A stretch of 64,000 bases of DNA from the IMG/VR virus record IMGVR_UViG_3300009177_000030, positions 30,721 through 94,720 of that record; one strand, given 5' to 3'. Positions 19,000 to 28,503 of this stretch are shown piece after piece (the first letter of the stretch is position 1; each line of letters opens with the position of its first letter). The notes beneath the pieces were generated by a model, which saw nothing but the letters and a program-made list of their open reading frames with translations, was not told where the DNA came from and searched no databases. The translations under genes were made by a program, and so were the position numbers. This DNA is from a virus.

Positions 19000-19238
19000 A
19001 AATGTCCGAAGTCAAACCGGGAATGCGGTTGCGTTCAACGGTTTCGTATCATGGCGCGCCCGATGAATTCGCCAACGTCACGGAGCTGACTGATAAGGGA
19101 TTCCGTTACTCGTTGGATGCTGCCTATTCAATGATCCCGCGCTGGGGAATGTCTGTGAATAAAGACGGGCACGAGCATTTCGGGCTGTTGGGCGATGCGC
19201 TTTTTGAACTGGCTGATCCAAAGGTAGTGACAGAATGA
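18996..19238 (+). CDS. Hypothetical protein
   Basis: GTGA coupling; 80 aa. Confidence 0.55.
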   Translation: MKMSEVKPGMRLRSTVSYHGAPDEFANVTELTDKGFRYSLDAAYSMIPRWGMSVNKDGHEHFGLLGDALFELADPKVVTE

Positions 19239-19737
19239 AAATTCCAAATTTTTGCGGTTTTTGCTGGCTCCTGATCCCACTCGAAGAATTCACCAGACCG
19301 GGCGAAGGACTTCACGTTACCGGGCACGTTTGTCTGGCTGATCGTGGGGCCAATGTTCCGTTCGATGACGATTACCATAAACGAGCATTCGCGTCATGAC
19401 CGGCGCAATCTCCCCAATCGAAACGCTCTTGCGCTCGATCTCCAATCTGGACGTGGAAAAGTCGCTGGACCATTCGACGAAATCGGAACTTCTTAAGCGG
19501 GCGGATGATCTCGAATCCATCGCTAAGGGAATTCGGGACTACGCGGGGCAACCGAATCCCCCCGCAGTTAACGATCCTTCTTGACTGGTCGATCTTTCCG
19601 CACTCGCCGGCGCATCTGCGAAACCCAACCTGTTTTGGCTAATTTAGGCGGATCAGGTGGCGGCGTGGCAAGTCTGGCTATGTTCGTTTGATTGGGCTTG
19701 TAGATGCGCACGTTCGGGCACGGCTTAAATTCTTCGC

Positions 19738-20481
19738 TCACTTCGTCTCCTTGTCTACTGGGGAGTCTGTCCACTGTCCCGCTGGGATGCGCCATCGCTT
19801 TGATAATTCCCGCATAGGGAGATTCTTGATATATGAATCGCAATCCGACTCGCGACTTGTGACGAGAACCGCAAATCCGCCTTCAAATACGCTCCACTCC
19901 CACTCCGTTTGCCGCTCAACTGGAGGGGCCTGCTTCATGGCGACACCGTCGATGATTGCCATGTCGTCATCGTTGAACATCGTCAACTTAACCAGAGCAT
20001 CCATGTTCTCCCATAACTTGGAAATAAGGAGGTATGCGGCAATCAACTTGGCCTCAATAACGGAAATGTAGGGTTTGCGCCGATCCGATTCCGCTGCTTT
20101 GGACTCTGCCGCATCTGCACGCCATGCTTCCGCTTGTGCCTGATTCCGAGCTTCGTCTCTTTCCCGCTCCGCAACTTCCAGTCGCTCGCGTTCGGCGGCT
20201 AGCTCGGCCTGTGCTTTATCGATCATTTCCCTGAACGAGTGCAACTCGCAGGCGAATCCGTTTTCCCGGTCTCCGTGGGCGCAACCATAGATTCGATGTG
20301 GGTCCATCGGGTCCGACTGGCAGATTTGATGCGCCCCGTCGAGTACAAACGGATTTCCGCCGCAGTTCGCCCACTTCGTGACGGTTGCCACCTTTCCCTG
20401 TGCTGCTTGCAGCGCAGCGCGGAGGGCGGCATTCTCTCGGGCCAGCCCATCCATTATTTCCACGTCAGTATTTTCACTCAC
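19738..20481 (-). CDS. Coiled-coil accessory hypothetical protein
   Basis: 247 aa with heptad-rich segments; coupled minus-strand operon. Confidence 0.6.
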   Translation of the reverse strand: MSENTDVEIMDGLARENAALRAALQAAQGKVATVTKWANCGGNPFVLDGAHQICQSDPMDPHRIYGCAHGDRENGFACELHSFREMIDKAQAELAAERERLEVAERERDEARNQAQAEAWRADAAESKAAESDRRKPYISVIEAKLIAAYLLISKLWENMDALVKLTMFNDDDMAIIDGVAMKQAPPVERQTEWEWSVFEGGFAVLVTSRESDCDSYIKNLPMRELSKRWRIPAGQWTDSPVDKETK

Positions 20482-20830
20482 TTGTTTTCTCCTTGCCCTC
20501 GGCGCGGCGGATGGCTTCTATGGATCTCGCTCGGCGGCACGTAAAGCAGATGCAGGTTCCGAAACACACAGTTTTTTGGCAGGTTCCAGCAAGACGCGCA
20601 AAATCCGAAATCTCATCTTTCAGCGCCGCCAGCAGTTCCGCTTTCTGCTTACGTATGGCCTGAAGCTCCAAGAGCGCGTTCAGATTGTCTTCGCCTGCAA
20701 CACGAGCCGCCGCGACTGCGCAATACTTCCTAACGTACTCCCGCTTGTTGGCTATCAACTCCTCCAGCCGCGCGTCGCTGATGGGTTCACTGGGCATTGG
20801 CGATCCTTTTGCGGGCTTCTTTCCAGTCAA
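20474..20830 (-). CDS. Hypothetical protein with C-terminal Cys cluster
   Basis: CFGTCICFTC; coupled to the downstream gene. Confidence 0.55.
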   Translation of the reverse strand: MTGKKPAKGSPMPSEPISDARLEELIANKREYVRKYCAVAAARVAGEDNLNALLELQAIRKQKAELLAALKDEISDFARLAGTCQKTVCFGTCICFTCRRARSIEAIRRAEGKEKTSE

Positions 20831-21015
20831 CCCACTCGCGTCGGGCGGTCAACAGTTTTGCATAAACATCAATCGTCAGCATAGCTAGAAGACCGAACAG
20901 GAACAGAAATAATCCGGCCAGCATCGGCCCCACAAGCCACTCGTGTCGTGTTAGAAACTCTGTGAATAATTTACTCATCTCTTTCCTCCCCATAAGGCTG
21001 CGTGTGCGGAGCGGG

Positions 21016-21240
21016 TCACTGAATCGACCGCCTGAGTTCCGAAATCTCCATGTGCCGCTTGTCATAAAACTCCGCGCACATCTCCAGAAAGTCTTCGCGC
21101 GACATCTTCAGTATGTTGGCACTCGTGTTCGACGCCAGCGACATCAGGACCGTAATCGTGTCGAGAATATTCAGCCCAGGCAGAATGGCTAGCACTTTCG
21201 TCTGAACCGCTTCCATCTGTAAATCACGTTCGCTTTTCAA
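21016..21240 (-). CDS. Hypothetical protein
   Basis: GGAGAGG RBS before TTG at 21240. Confidence 0.55.
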   Translation of the reverse strand: MKSERDLQMEAVQTKVLAILPGLNILDTITVLMSLASNTSANILKMSREDFLEMCAEFYDKRHMEISELRRSIQ

Positions 21241-21303
21241 GTTCGTCCTCTCCCGGCAGTATGCCGGATTACCTAACAATGGGAATTATATACATGAGTA
21301 CAG

Positions 21304-21432
21304 TTAGCCTTTCTTTGCAGCACGTTTGGCCCTCTTTTTTTCGCGGCGCTTCGATGCCTTCTGTTTGTCCTTCGGCTTGTAGTTCAGGACTACATCGGAG
21401 ATCAGGTCTAACTCTTTTGGGGTGGTTGTCAT
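21304..21432 (-). CDS. Small basic IS passenger peptide (MTTTPKELDLISDVVLNYKPKDKQKASKRREKKRAKRAAKKG)
   Basis: 42-aa ORF coupled (ATGA) to the MTase stop and ending at the IS end. Confidence 0.55.
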   Translation of the reverse strand: MTTTPKELDLISDVVLNYKPKDKQKASKRREKKRAKRAAKKG

Positions 21433-22226
21433 ATAAAACTCAAAACCTCTTGAGAAAGTCTCTTTGCTGCAATCTCACAGTAGCGTTCCTCGATTTCGAT
21501 TCCAATGGCGGGACGCCCTGTTTCCTTGGCCGCTCGGAGAGTTGTACCACTGCCAGAAAACGGATCTACTACCAGACCTGGCTTTGTCGTTTCCATGGCA
21601 CGCAGCGGCAGTCCGATTGGAAACGGAGCCGGGTGCTCTGTGCCGGATTCTTGCGGTACGTACCAAACATCCCCGACTCCGCTTGCGCCCTTATCGCGGA
21701 GCCTGAAGGCAGGTTTTGCCAGAATCATAATCCACTCGTGGGTGGGAACGTAGTGCGTGGGCGCGAAGTTTATTCCACCGGCCCGTTGCCAGATGACAAT
21801 CTGCCTAAGTGGCAACCCTGGATTCAAGGACGTAGGGAGCCACACTTCGCAACTCTGCGCGCGTGGTTTGTGGTTATAGTAAATCGCGCCTTCCTCTGTC
21901 AATTGCGAGTAGCAGAGCGTAAGTATGTCGCGTTGCCACGCTTCATACTCCGGCCATGGCATAGCGTCGGTGCAGACGCCGTAACCGTCCGCGAGTGCCC
22001 CACCAGACCATTTACCGCACCCGCCGCGCGCCTTCCCCATCCTCGCGTCATCGGAGTAATGACCGTGATTGCGAACGAATTTAGAGGCAAACCCACCGCC
22101 CGTGGTGACTCCAAGATTGTACGGCGGCGACGTGAATATCAAATCCGCCGGCGGCAGTGTTGGGAGAACCTCACGACAGTCTCCGTGGTAGATCGTGATA
22201 TCGCCATGCTGGTAATACGGCTTCAC
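21429..22226 (-). CDS. N6-adenine/N4-cytosine DNA methyltransferase (beta class)
   Basis: TSPPY motif IV precedes HPAPFP and DPFSGSGTT motif I. Confidence 0.92.
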   Translation of the reverse strand: MKPYYQHGDITIYHGDCREVLPTLPPADLIFTSPPYNLGVTTGGGFASKFVRNHGHYSDDARMGKARGGCGKWSGGALADGYGVCTDAMPWPEYEAWQRDILTLCYSQLTEEGAIYYNHKPRAQSCEVWLPTSLNPGLPLRQIVIWQRAGGINFAPTHYVPTHEWIMILAKPAFRLRDKGASGVGDVWYVPQESGTEHPAPFPIGLPLRAMETTKPGLVVDPFSGSGTTLRAAKETGRPAIGIEIEERYCEIAAKRLSQEVLSFI

Positions 22227-23010
22227 GCGATCACCTTCGCAATCAACTGCTCATATGTGAGGCGCTTCCCGACAATGGCGTCGATGAACGACTCCAGCCG
22301 CCTCATGGTGTGGCGCTTCACATCGCCCTCGTTCAGCCGGAACGTGAATTCGTCAACGTATCGGTGCAGATGCTTCGGAGACACCTGATGGTAAACGCCA
22401 TGAATGCCACGCTTCAGAACCGCCCAGACCGATTCAATCGAGTTGGTGTTAGCCAGACCCCGCGCATACTCCCCGGCGCTGTGGTTGACGCTCTCGTGCG
22501 AATAGAAAAGGCCGTCCAGATCGTTAAACACCATGTGGTCATCGGTGTAAAGCTGGCTACCCACTTCCACGTTGGCGTGAATCTCGCCGTGGATAAAGTC
22601 CAGCGACCGTTGCTCCACGACTTGCGCCCGCGTTCGACCGCCACGCTCCCGCATTCCGAGCACGGCGACCTTGCCGACCGCGCCGCGTCCGGCCTTCAGT
22701 TTCTTCGATTCGTGCTTGTTCTTTTCCTTGCCGCCTACAAACGTCTCATCAATTTCGATGATGCCGCGAAGTTTGTCGATGTTGTCAGGGCTGGAGCACG
22801 CCTCACGCAACCGGCCCAGAATGAACCATGCAGTTTTCTGCGTGACTCCGATCTCCTTCGCCAGTTGCATCGAACTGATACCCTTGCGTGCCGTGACAAC
22901 AAGATACATGGCGTAGACCCATTTGTGAAGCGGAACCTTAGACCGCTCGAACACCGTTCCGGTGCGCACCGTAAAATCGAAGTTGCAGGCATTGCAGCGG
23001 AAAGCCGGTG
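22223..23010 (-). pseudogene. IS1595-family transposase, N-terminally truncated
   Basis: EIDETFVGG, YTDD, NHS, TNSIESVW and YVDEFTFRLN motifs. Upstream in frame only FRCNACNFDFTVRTG remains before a stop; the first CxxC half and start are absent. Confidence 0.85.
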
Positions 23011-23016
23011 CGCTTG

Positions 23017-23229
23017 ATGCTCAGTAAATTCGAGCAACTGAAAGACCGCCGAATTCGAATGGACAGGTTGATAACGAAAGCTAAGTCCAAGTTGGATAGG
23101 GTAAACGCCATGATCAAGAAACATTCGGCGGAAATGGAACCAGCCAAATCGGCTGAAATTACTGAGTCAATAAAATCGTTTCTTGCCGTCTTGGATGGGA
23201 TGCATCGGATGGTGGCGGAATCCAAATGA
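23017..23229 (+). CDS. Helical hypothetical protein, possibly a 5'-truncated remnant
   Basis: No RBS; begins at the transposase breakpoint. Confidence 0.4.
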   Translation: MLSKFEQLKDRRIRMDRLITKAKSKLDRVNAMIKKHSAEMEPAKSAEITESIKSFLAVLDGMHRMVAESK

Positions 23230-23421
23230 CCCTCCCCCAAGAAAAATACCCAACCTGCTCCAAACGCTTTCTGTTCAACAGCGCCATATCGTTCCATGAA
23301 GCGCAGGAGAACGCCTTCCGTGGGTTCACCCGCCGGAACTCTCGTTATAACGGTCAGCGGATCGGATGGGCGGCTACGAAGTTTATTCTGGAGGAGATGT
23401 TTTGGAGGGAGCCTCGTTAAA

Positions 23422-23766
23422 ATGGAAGTCTACATCTCCAATCTAGTCATCCGCCCCTTGAACGAATCCCCGTTTAGCCAGGAGCACGCGAAGAAGACAG
23501 AAGGTTCCGCTGAAAAAGTCTGCTGGATCTGCACTCTTCCATTGGGCCGCAAGAAAGGTCCGCAGCATCTTCGAAAGTCACGCGATCACGTAATTCCGCA
23601 AGTCAAGGGAGGTAGATTTATTCTCGGAAATATTCGGTGGGCTCATTGCTGGTGCAATAGCGCGCGCGGCCATCATGATTTGACGCCGGAGATTGTTTCT
23701 CTCTGTCAGGACAAAATTCGGAAATCGCTTCAGGCTTTGGGATGGAATGGAGGGCCGTGGTGTTGA
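23422..23766 (+). CDS. HNH endonuclease
   Basis: CWIC...DHVIPQVKGG...NIRWAHCWCNSARG. Confidence 0.85.
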   Translation: MEVYISNLVIRPLNESPFSQEHAKKTEGSAEKVCWICTLPLGRKKGPQHLRKSRDHVIPQVKGGRFILGNIRWAHCWCNSARGHHDLTPEIVSLCQDKIRKSLQALGWNGGPWC

Positions 23767-24000
23767 GTAGATGGGCCGAAGAAAACGGAAATAACGGAGC
23801 ATGCGAGTGTTGCGGTCGCAAGATCTGGATCGAATCGGGATGCGCTCCCCGTTGTGATGCGTGTGGCGACTGCGACCCGGAACAGGGCTGCAGTTTAGAT
23901 CGAGGGCCGCAGACTCTCGCTGACGTTGGAATGTGTGAGGACGATTTTAGATGAGAAATACTTTGGACGCCGTTCGGGCAGAGTTGGGGAGGTTTAACTT

Positions 24001-24678
24001 ATGAGTCTTGACAGAGTAACAATAACTGGCGCAGACGACAATACGTCGATTGAAGAACTGTTCAGCCTGAGCCTTGAATTCCCGTTCGTGGAGTTCGGTA
24101 TCCTGGTATCGAGTTCAAGGGAAGGCTCACCACGATATCCTTCACGTGACTGGTGTCGGCGTCTCAATGACAAGATTGACGGCCGAACGCGGATCTCGGT
24201 CCATGTCTGCGGTTTATGGGCGCGTGAGATATTCGCGGGGACTGCGGACTTTCGGAAATTTCCTACTTTGTATCCAGCCCGGATGCAGATCAACGGAACG
24301 ACTGCGACCGAAGGGTTTACAACGAGGTCGATTGACCAATTTCCGAATACCCAGTTCATCATTCAGTATCCGCGATCTCAGGATTTTCTGGAAGCCGCCC
24401 GCATACAGGGAGTCAACATAGTCCCGCTATTTGATGAATCGGGCGGAGAAGGTAAACGACGGGAGTCATGGCCCCTGCCAGTTCCGGACTTCTATTGTGG
24501 GTTCGCGGGAGGAATCGGCCTTGATAATGTGGCCACGGTGGTCCGGGATCTATCCGAAAAGTGCTCCACGCAGTTCTGGATTGACATGGAGGGGCGAGTA
24601 CGCGACGAAAAGGACAGGATGGATCTGGATTGCGTTGGACAGATTTTGGGCGTCTGCGCTCCGTTGGTGGTTGCATGA
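24001..24678 (+). CDS. Phosphoribosylanthranilate-isomerase-like TIM-barrel protein
   Basis: VTITGAD, LFDESGGEG, GFAGGIGLDNV and WIDMEGRV; GGAGG RBS. Confidence 0.7.
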   Translation: MSLDRVTITGADDNTSIEELFSLSLEFPFVEFGILVSSSREGSPRYPSRDWCRRLNDKIDGRTRISVHVCGLWAREIFAGTADFRKFPTLYPARMQINGTTATEGFTTRSIDQFPNTQFIIQYPRSQDFLEAARIQGVNIVPLFDESGGEGKRRESWPLPVPDFYCGFAGGIGLDNVATVVRDLSEKCSTQFWIDMEGRVRDEKDRMDLDCVGQILGVCAPLVVA

Positions 24679-25862
24679 GAAACCCCCAAGAGCAATCAGA
24701 CTTCATGGCCAGTCGCCAGCACGGGATCGGCGGCAGCGACATCGGATCCCTTTTGTCAAACCAGATTCCGGTTGAGTACGGCTGTGAGCGCAGGCTCTGG
24801 CTTCGCCTTTCTGGCTATCCCACCGACGGCCCGGACCATTCCACAGAGCCGATGATTTTAGGCCAAATATTGGAAAAGTACATAGTCCGTGCCTATCAGG
24901 ACCGCACCGGCAACACAGTAAAACAGTTCGGACTCAAGAAACACCCGACCGTCGACTGCCTGCAGTACCACGACGACGGCGAGATATTTCCTCACGCCGA
25001 CCATCCGCGCAAAACCAACGGCGTCTTGGAATGCAAAGGCATCGGGCGCGAGATGATGGCGAAGGTTCATGAGTTCGGAATTATCCCGGACTACATTCTG
25101 CAGGCACAGTCGGGGATGGCAGCGTTCAAATTAGATTGGGCGGCCTTCGCGGTCGGCATGCGCGAAGACCTTATGCCGTTGGTGGTCATCGAAATGGCCG
25201 CAATCATCGCCGGCGAACCAATACCAACGCTCCCGCGGCAACCGAAGATTGTCACGTTCGAAGTGGAGCGGGACGACGCGATCTGCAATGCGATTGAATC
25301 TTACGCCCCGAAGTTCTGGGGCACACTGAAAGACGAATCAAAGATCCCGCCGCGGGAAGAACCGGAATCTCCCAAGTGCCAACGATGTCCGTATGCCAAG
25401 CAATGCCAGGGTGCCGCCGTAATGGAAGGCATCCAGACAGAGCACGGAGTCCCTGAACGCCGCGACCTTGATCTGCTGATTCAGGAATACCGGGATCGAT
25501 CGGCATTGCTGGAAGAGGCCACCGACCTCGTTAACGAGACGCAGCGAAAGTTCAAAAACGCGCTCGACAAGACGACCGCCGTCAAGGTCAACATCGAAGG
25601 CAAGTGGAAGAACATCATTTACCGCATCCGCAAGGGTGCTGAGCGCGTTGATGGTAAGCGGATGGCTGCGCAGTACGATGCGTTGCGCAGGGCTGCTATT
25701 GAGGCTGGAGTGGCTGGTGCTGAGCTCGTGCCGCCGTCTGGGCAGTTCATTAATGTTGGGATGCCGTCGAGACCTTTATTACTTTCATCGGTATTGCCGA
25801 AAAAAGAGAAAAAACCCGGCGAGGTGCCGGAGACGGATGAGGAAAGTTACGAGGATCTGTAA
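24675..25862 (+). CDS. YqaJ/lambda-exonuclease-like recombination nuclease
   Basis: RQHGIGGSD, GQILE, DG...LECK, YILQAQ and CQRCPYAKQC. Confidence 0.85.
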   Translation: MRNPQEQSDFMASRQHGIGGSDIGSLLSNQIPVEYGCERRLWLRLSGYPTDGPDHSTEPMILGQILEKYIVRAYQDRTGNTVKQFGLKKHPTVDCLQYHDDGEIFPHADHPRKTNGVLECKGIGREMMAKVHEFGIIPDYILQAQSGMAAFKLDWAAFAVGMREDLMPLVVIEMAAIIAGEPIPTLPRQPKIVTFEVERDDAICNAIESYAPKFWGTLKDESKIPPREEPESPKCQRCPYAKQCQGAAVMEGIQTEHGVPERRDLDLLIQEYRDRSALLEEATDLVNETQRKFKNALDKTTAVKVNIEGKWKNIIYRIRKGAERVDGKRMAAQYDALRRAAIEAGVAGAELVPPSGQFINVGMPSRPLLLSSVLPKKEKKPGEVPETDEESYEDL

Positions 25863-25870
25863 AATAATCC

Positions 25871-25899
25871 TTGCAACCAGAACACTCTCGGGCTACACT
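25871..25899 (+). promoter_or_regulatory. sigma70-like promoter (leaderless transcript)
   Basis: TTGCAA-17-TACACT, 8 nt before ATG 25908. Confidence 0.6.
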
Positions 25900-25907
25900 A
25901 TCCTTTC

Positions 25908-26174
25908 ATGGCAGATTTACTAAAAGCCTCCTCGCTCTCCGAATAGCAACTCCGCAAGAGCGCCAAGCGTCTGGTCGCTTCCCGACTGAAATGTGAAGAA
26001 GACGAAGCGGCGATGCTGTCTAATCTGCACGTGTACCTGAAACTGAACGGTACGGGTGCTGCTACCCGGCTGTGCAGTAATTGCGGGATCGTTAAGGCTC
26101 GGTTGTCGGAGCTCGTAAACGGTAAGCGTGGGGTTCCGGTGGACATGGCTCGACGGATTGCGGGGCTGAAGTGA
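25908..26174 (+). pseudogene. XRE-type HTH protein with in-frame TAG at codon 13
   Basis: MADLLKASSLSE*QLRK...GIVKARLSELVNGKRGVPVDMARRI; TAG at 25944-25946. Confidence 0.6.
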
Positions 26175-26446
26175 CCAAGCACGAAGGAATCGCCCCGTAC
26201 CGCAAGGCTGACAATCCCCGCGAGCGAATATTTGCAGAAGAGTGGGATCGCCAGAATAATCCTCCGAACAATCAGCCAGGAACTCTCCAGTGGTTGCTCC
26301 ATTCGAACGGAAGCCGCGTTGATGGGAATCCGTGTTCTGGCGAAGAGATCAAGATTGCCGCTACCGTAATCCAGTGGCTCGGTTCGCCGGTTGGATTCTC
26401 GTGGCTCACGCAGGTTATGGAAAAGATTGAAAAGGAAGTTAAATAA
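26171..26446 (+). CDS. Phage hypothetical protein (AATVIQWLGSPVG)
   Basis: GTGA coupling; 91 aa. Confidence 0.65.
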   Translation: MTKHEGIAPYRKADNPRERIFAEEWDRQNNPPNNQPGTLQWLLHSNGSRVDGNPCSGEEIKIAATVIQWLGSPVGFSWLTQVMEKIEKEVK

Positions 26447-27958
26447 ATGAGCACCCAACCACTATTAGGCACAACCCCACGCCCCAACACAATGATCGGA
26501 ATCACCCACACGTCCGACGGGCGTAAGGTGATCCGCGAGTCCAAAGCCCTCAAGGTAGGCATCGGCTATCCCCGCGGGAAAGCTGCCGATGTGTTCGTGG
26601 ACACTGACGGCGCGTGGAATATCCGAGTCGGCAAGTACGGCTCCGACAAGAAAATGAAATGGGAGACGGTGGCGAAGTTCCCCACGAAAGATACACTACC
26701 CGGCGAGTCCCGGGCCAAGGCCGAGAAAGCCTTCCGCCAGGCATGGAAGGATTCCGACGTTTGCACGTATCCGCGCAAGGTGGCCTTCTTTCAATTCACA
26801 AAACCGATCATGGGCGAAGACGGGGCCGAGATCTACGTTCCTGACTTCGATGCTATCGAGGCGTACTCGTTCAGGAAGGACCGCTCTGGCCCTCCGACCG
26901 AGATTGACATCATCTTTCTCGATGATGAGCCCTTCACTGGTGGCTACCAAATGTGGAGTGCATCCGAACTGAAGTGCTCCGGCGACGGCGAGAACGCATT
27001 GCGGGTTCTGTCAATGGCTTCCACCCCGGAAGAGAAAGCATTGGCCGAGGAGGCCGCCAAAACCGGCAAGAAGCATTTCCCAGTTGTTGGCGGCTGCTGG
27101 ACCTGCAACTGCCCGTACGCGAAAGAAACAGCCGGTCCGCGTGGCCCGCAGCCAGCACCTTGCAAACCAGGCGCCGACATCAAGTTCCAGTTGATGGGGA
27201 GTATGCTAATGCGCGTGGGCGGCACGGCGTTCTTCCACACGTCCAGCTTCCGCAGCATCTCTCAGATTTTCAGTTCAATCGAACGCATTAAGGAATTGAC
27301 CGGCGGGCGGATCGCTGGCATTCCTCTCAAGATGATGGTCCGGTCGCACAAGACCAACCATAACGGCCAAGCCGCTATTCAGCAGAACGTTGCCATCGAG
27401 TTCCGCGCGAGCGATATTGATGACCTGCGCAAGAACCTGATTGAGCAGGCCTGGAAGTTCCGGCAGGCAACCGGAATTATTCTACCTGCTCCCGCGCGCA
27501 TGATCGAGGCAGCGCCGACGGAAGAAGAGACGCCAATGAGCGCTTCCGCGATGGCGTCTGAGTTCTATCCTGAGGCGGATGATGACCAGCCCGAGCAGGA
27601 GCCAGCCTCCCCCGCCGCCACAGCCACAGCCGCAAAAACGGAAGCGCTGAGCGACAAGCTGAAGAACGCGAAGAAAGCAGATAAACCAGCGGAAGCCGCG
27701 AAAGACCCGGGTGCGGCGCAGAACGAGGTTCAGCAGGCCACTCCCGCACCCGCCGCCGGTAAATGGCCCGACCGCCAGGCAATGAACGCCGACTTCAACA
27801 AACAGAAGGCGCGGATCGGGGAACCAGCATTCGAGGCAATCCGACAGAAGCATGACGTTCTGATGGGTGGACTGAAGTTTGATGATCCGAAGGCCGTTGC
27901 GATGTTTGAGGAGATGGCTGCGGCGCCGATGGCGGTTACTTCCGAGGATGTATTTTAG
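26447..27958 (+). CDS. Gp3-like/recombination-directionality-factor-like protein, candidate strand-annealing partner
   Basis: LKCSGDGENA, CKP, HTSSFRSI and IAGIPL motifs plus a long acidic tail; near the YqaJ gene. Confidence 0.6.
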   Translation: MSTQPLLGTTPRPNTMIGITHTSDGRKVIRESKALKVGIGYPRGKAADVFVDTDGAWNIRVGKYGSDKKMKWETVAKFPTKDTLPGESRAKAEKAFRQAWKDSDVCTYPRKVAFFQFTKPIMGEDGAEIYVPDFDAIEAYSFRKDRSGPPTEIDIIFLDDEPFTGGYQMWSASELKCSGDGENALRVLSMASTPEEKALAEEAAKTGKKHFPVVGGCWTCNCPYAKETAGPRGPQPAPCKPGADIKFQLMGSMLMRVGGTAFFHTSSFRSISQIFSSIERIKELTGGRIAGIPLKMMVRSHKTNHNGQAAIQQNVAIEFRASDIDDLRKNLIEQAWKFRQATGIILPAPARMIEAAPTEEETPMSASAMASEFYPEADDDQPEQEPASPAATATAAKTEALSDKLKNAKKADKPAEAAKDPGAAQNEVQQATPAPAAGKWPDRQAMNADFNKQKARIGEPAFEAIRQKHDVLMGGLKFDDPKAVAMFEEMAAAPMAVTSEDVF

Positions 27959-28094
27959 TTTCGCCGGCTGATAATTGCGCTTCCCCTCGACGCGCAGGTC
28001 ATATACAGAAATCCGGCGATGTTGTAAGCCTGAAAGGGTAAAGGGAAGCCCCGGCGGAGAATCTCGGGGGAGACGACCAAAGGGGCTCGAATTT

Positions 28095-28430
28095 ATGCCA
28101 CAAATTTACACACAAAAAGACCTCGGCTATCCCAGAACGCCAACTACGGCATTGTTCCGCGTGGAAATGGAAGACAAGTCGCTCTGGGACGTTCCGGTGC
28201 AGGCGATTGTTGACAGCCGGGATGAGCACTACGCTAGCGATAAAGAAGACACCATAGGATTTATACACGAAGGTGGACTCTCTGATGTCGAGATCTTCGA
28301 CTGGGCCGGGAACAACATGAACTGGGATGACGTGAAGGAGTTCGCGGTTCAGGTGCCATCACCCAAGGTCGAGATTGACTGGGAAGAGGGCTGGAACTCT
28401 GGCGAGAAGGAGATTGTGGGGAAGGTTTAG
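28095..28430 (+). CDS. Acidic hypothetical protein (DWAGNNMNWDDV)
   Basis: ATG 28095 in ORF 27975..28430. Confidence 0.65.
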   Translation: MPQIYTQKDLGYPRTPTTALFRVEMEDKSLWDVPVQAIVDSRDEHYASDKEDTIGFIHEGGLSDVEIFDWAGNNMNWDDVKEFAVQVPSPKVEIDWEEGWNSGEKEIVGKV

Positions 28431-28503
28431 GTTTTATGCACCCGGCATCCCGCAAGGGGTGGCTCTGTCTCACGATGGGGTGGTGGTTCCCGGGTGCTCC
28501 AGT

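Larger units (their letters stand above)
21281..23010 (-). mobile_element. IS1595-family (ISXO2-like) element with passenger genes; left end missing
   Basis: DDE transposase, passenger MTase and small basic ORF; putative terminal repeat GGGAATTATATACATGAGTAC at 21281-21301; no partner end found. Confidence 0.75.

Noticed and set aside
21261-23017. Long plus-strand ORFs 21261..22388 and 22310..23017
   Set aside because: Antisense shadows of the MTase and transposase with no recognisable motifs.
25944-25946. Genome-wide TAG recoding
   Set aside because: Many genes end at TAG with the next gene closely following, long ORFs are intact in the standard code, and no suppressor tRNA is seen.
27961-28019. 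Hammerhead ribozyme (CTGATAA...GAAA)
   Set aside because: The core deviates from CTGANGA, GAAA does not follow stem II directly and there is no third stem with a cleavage triplet.
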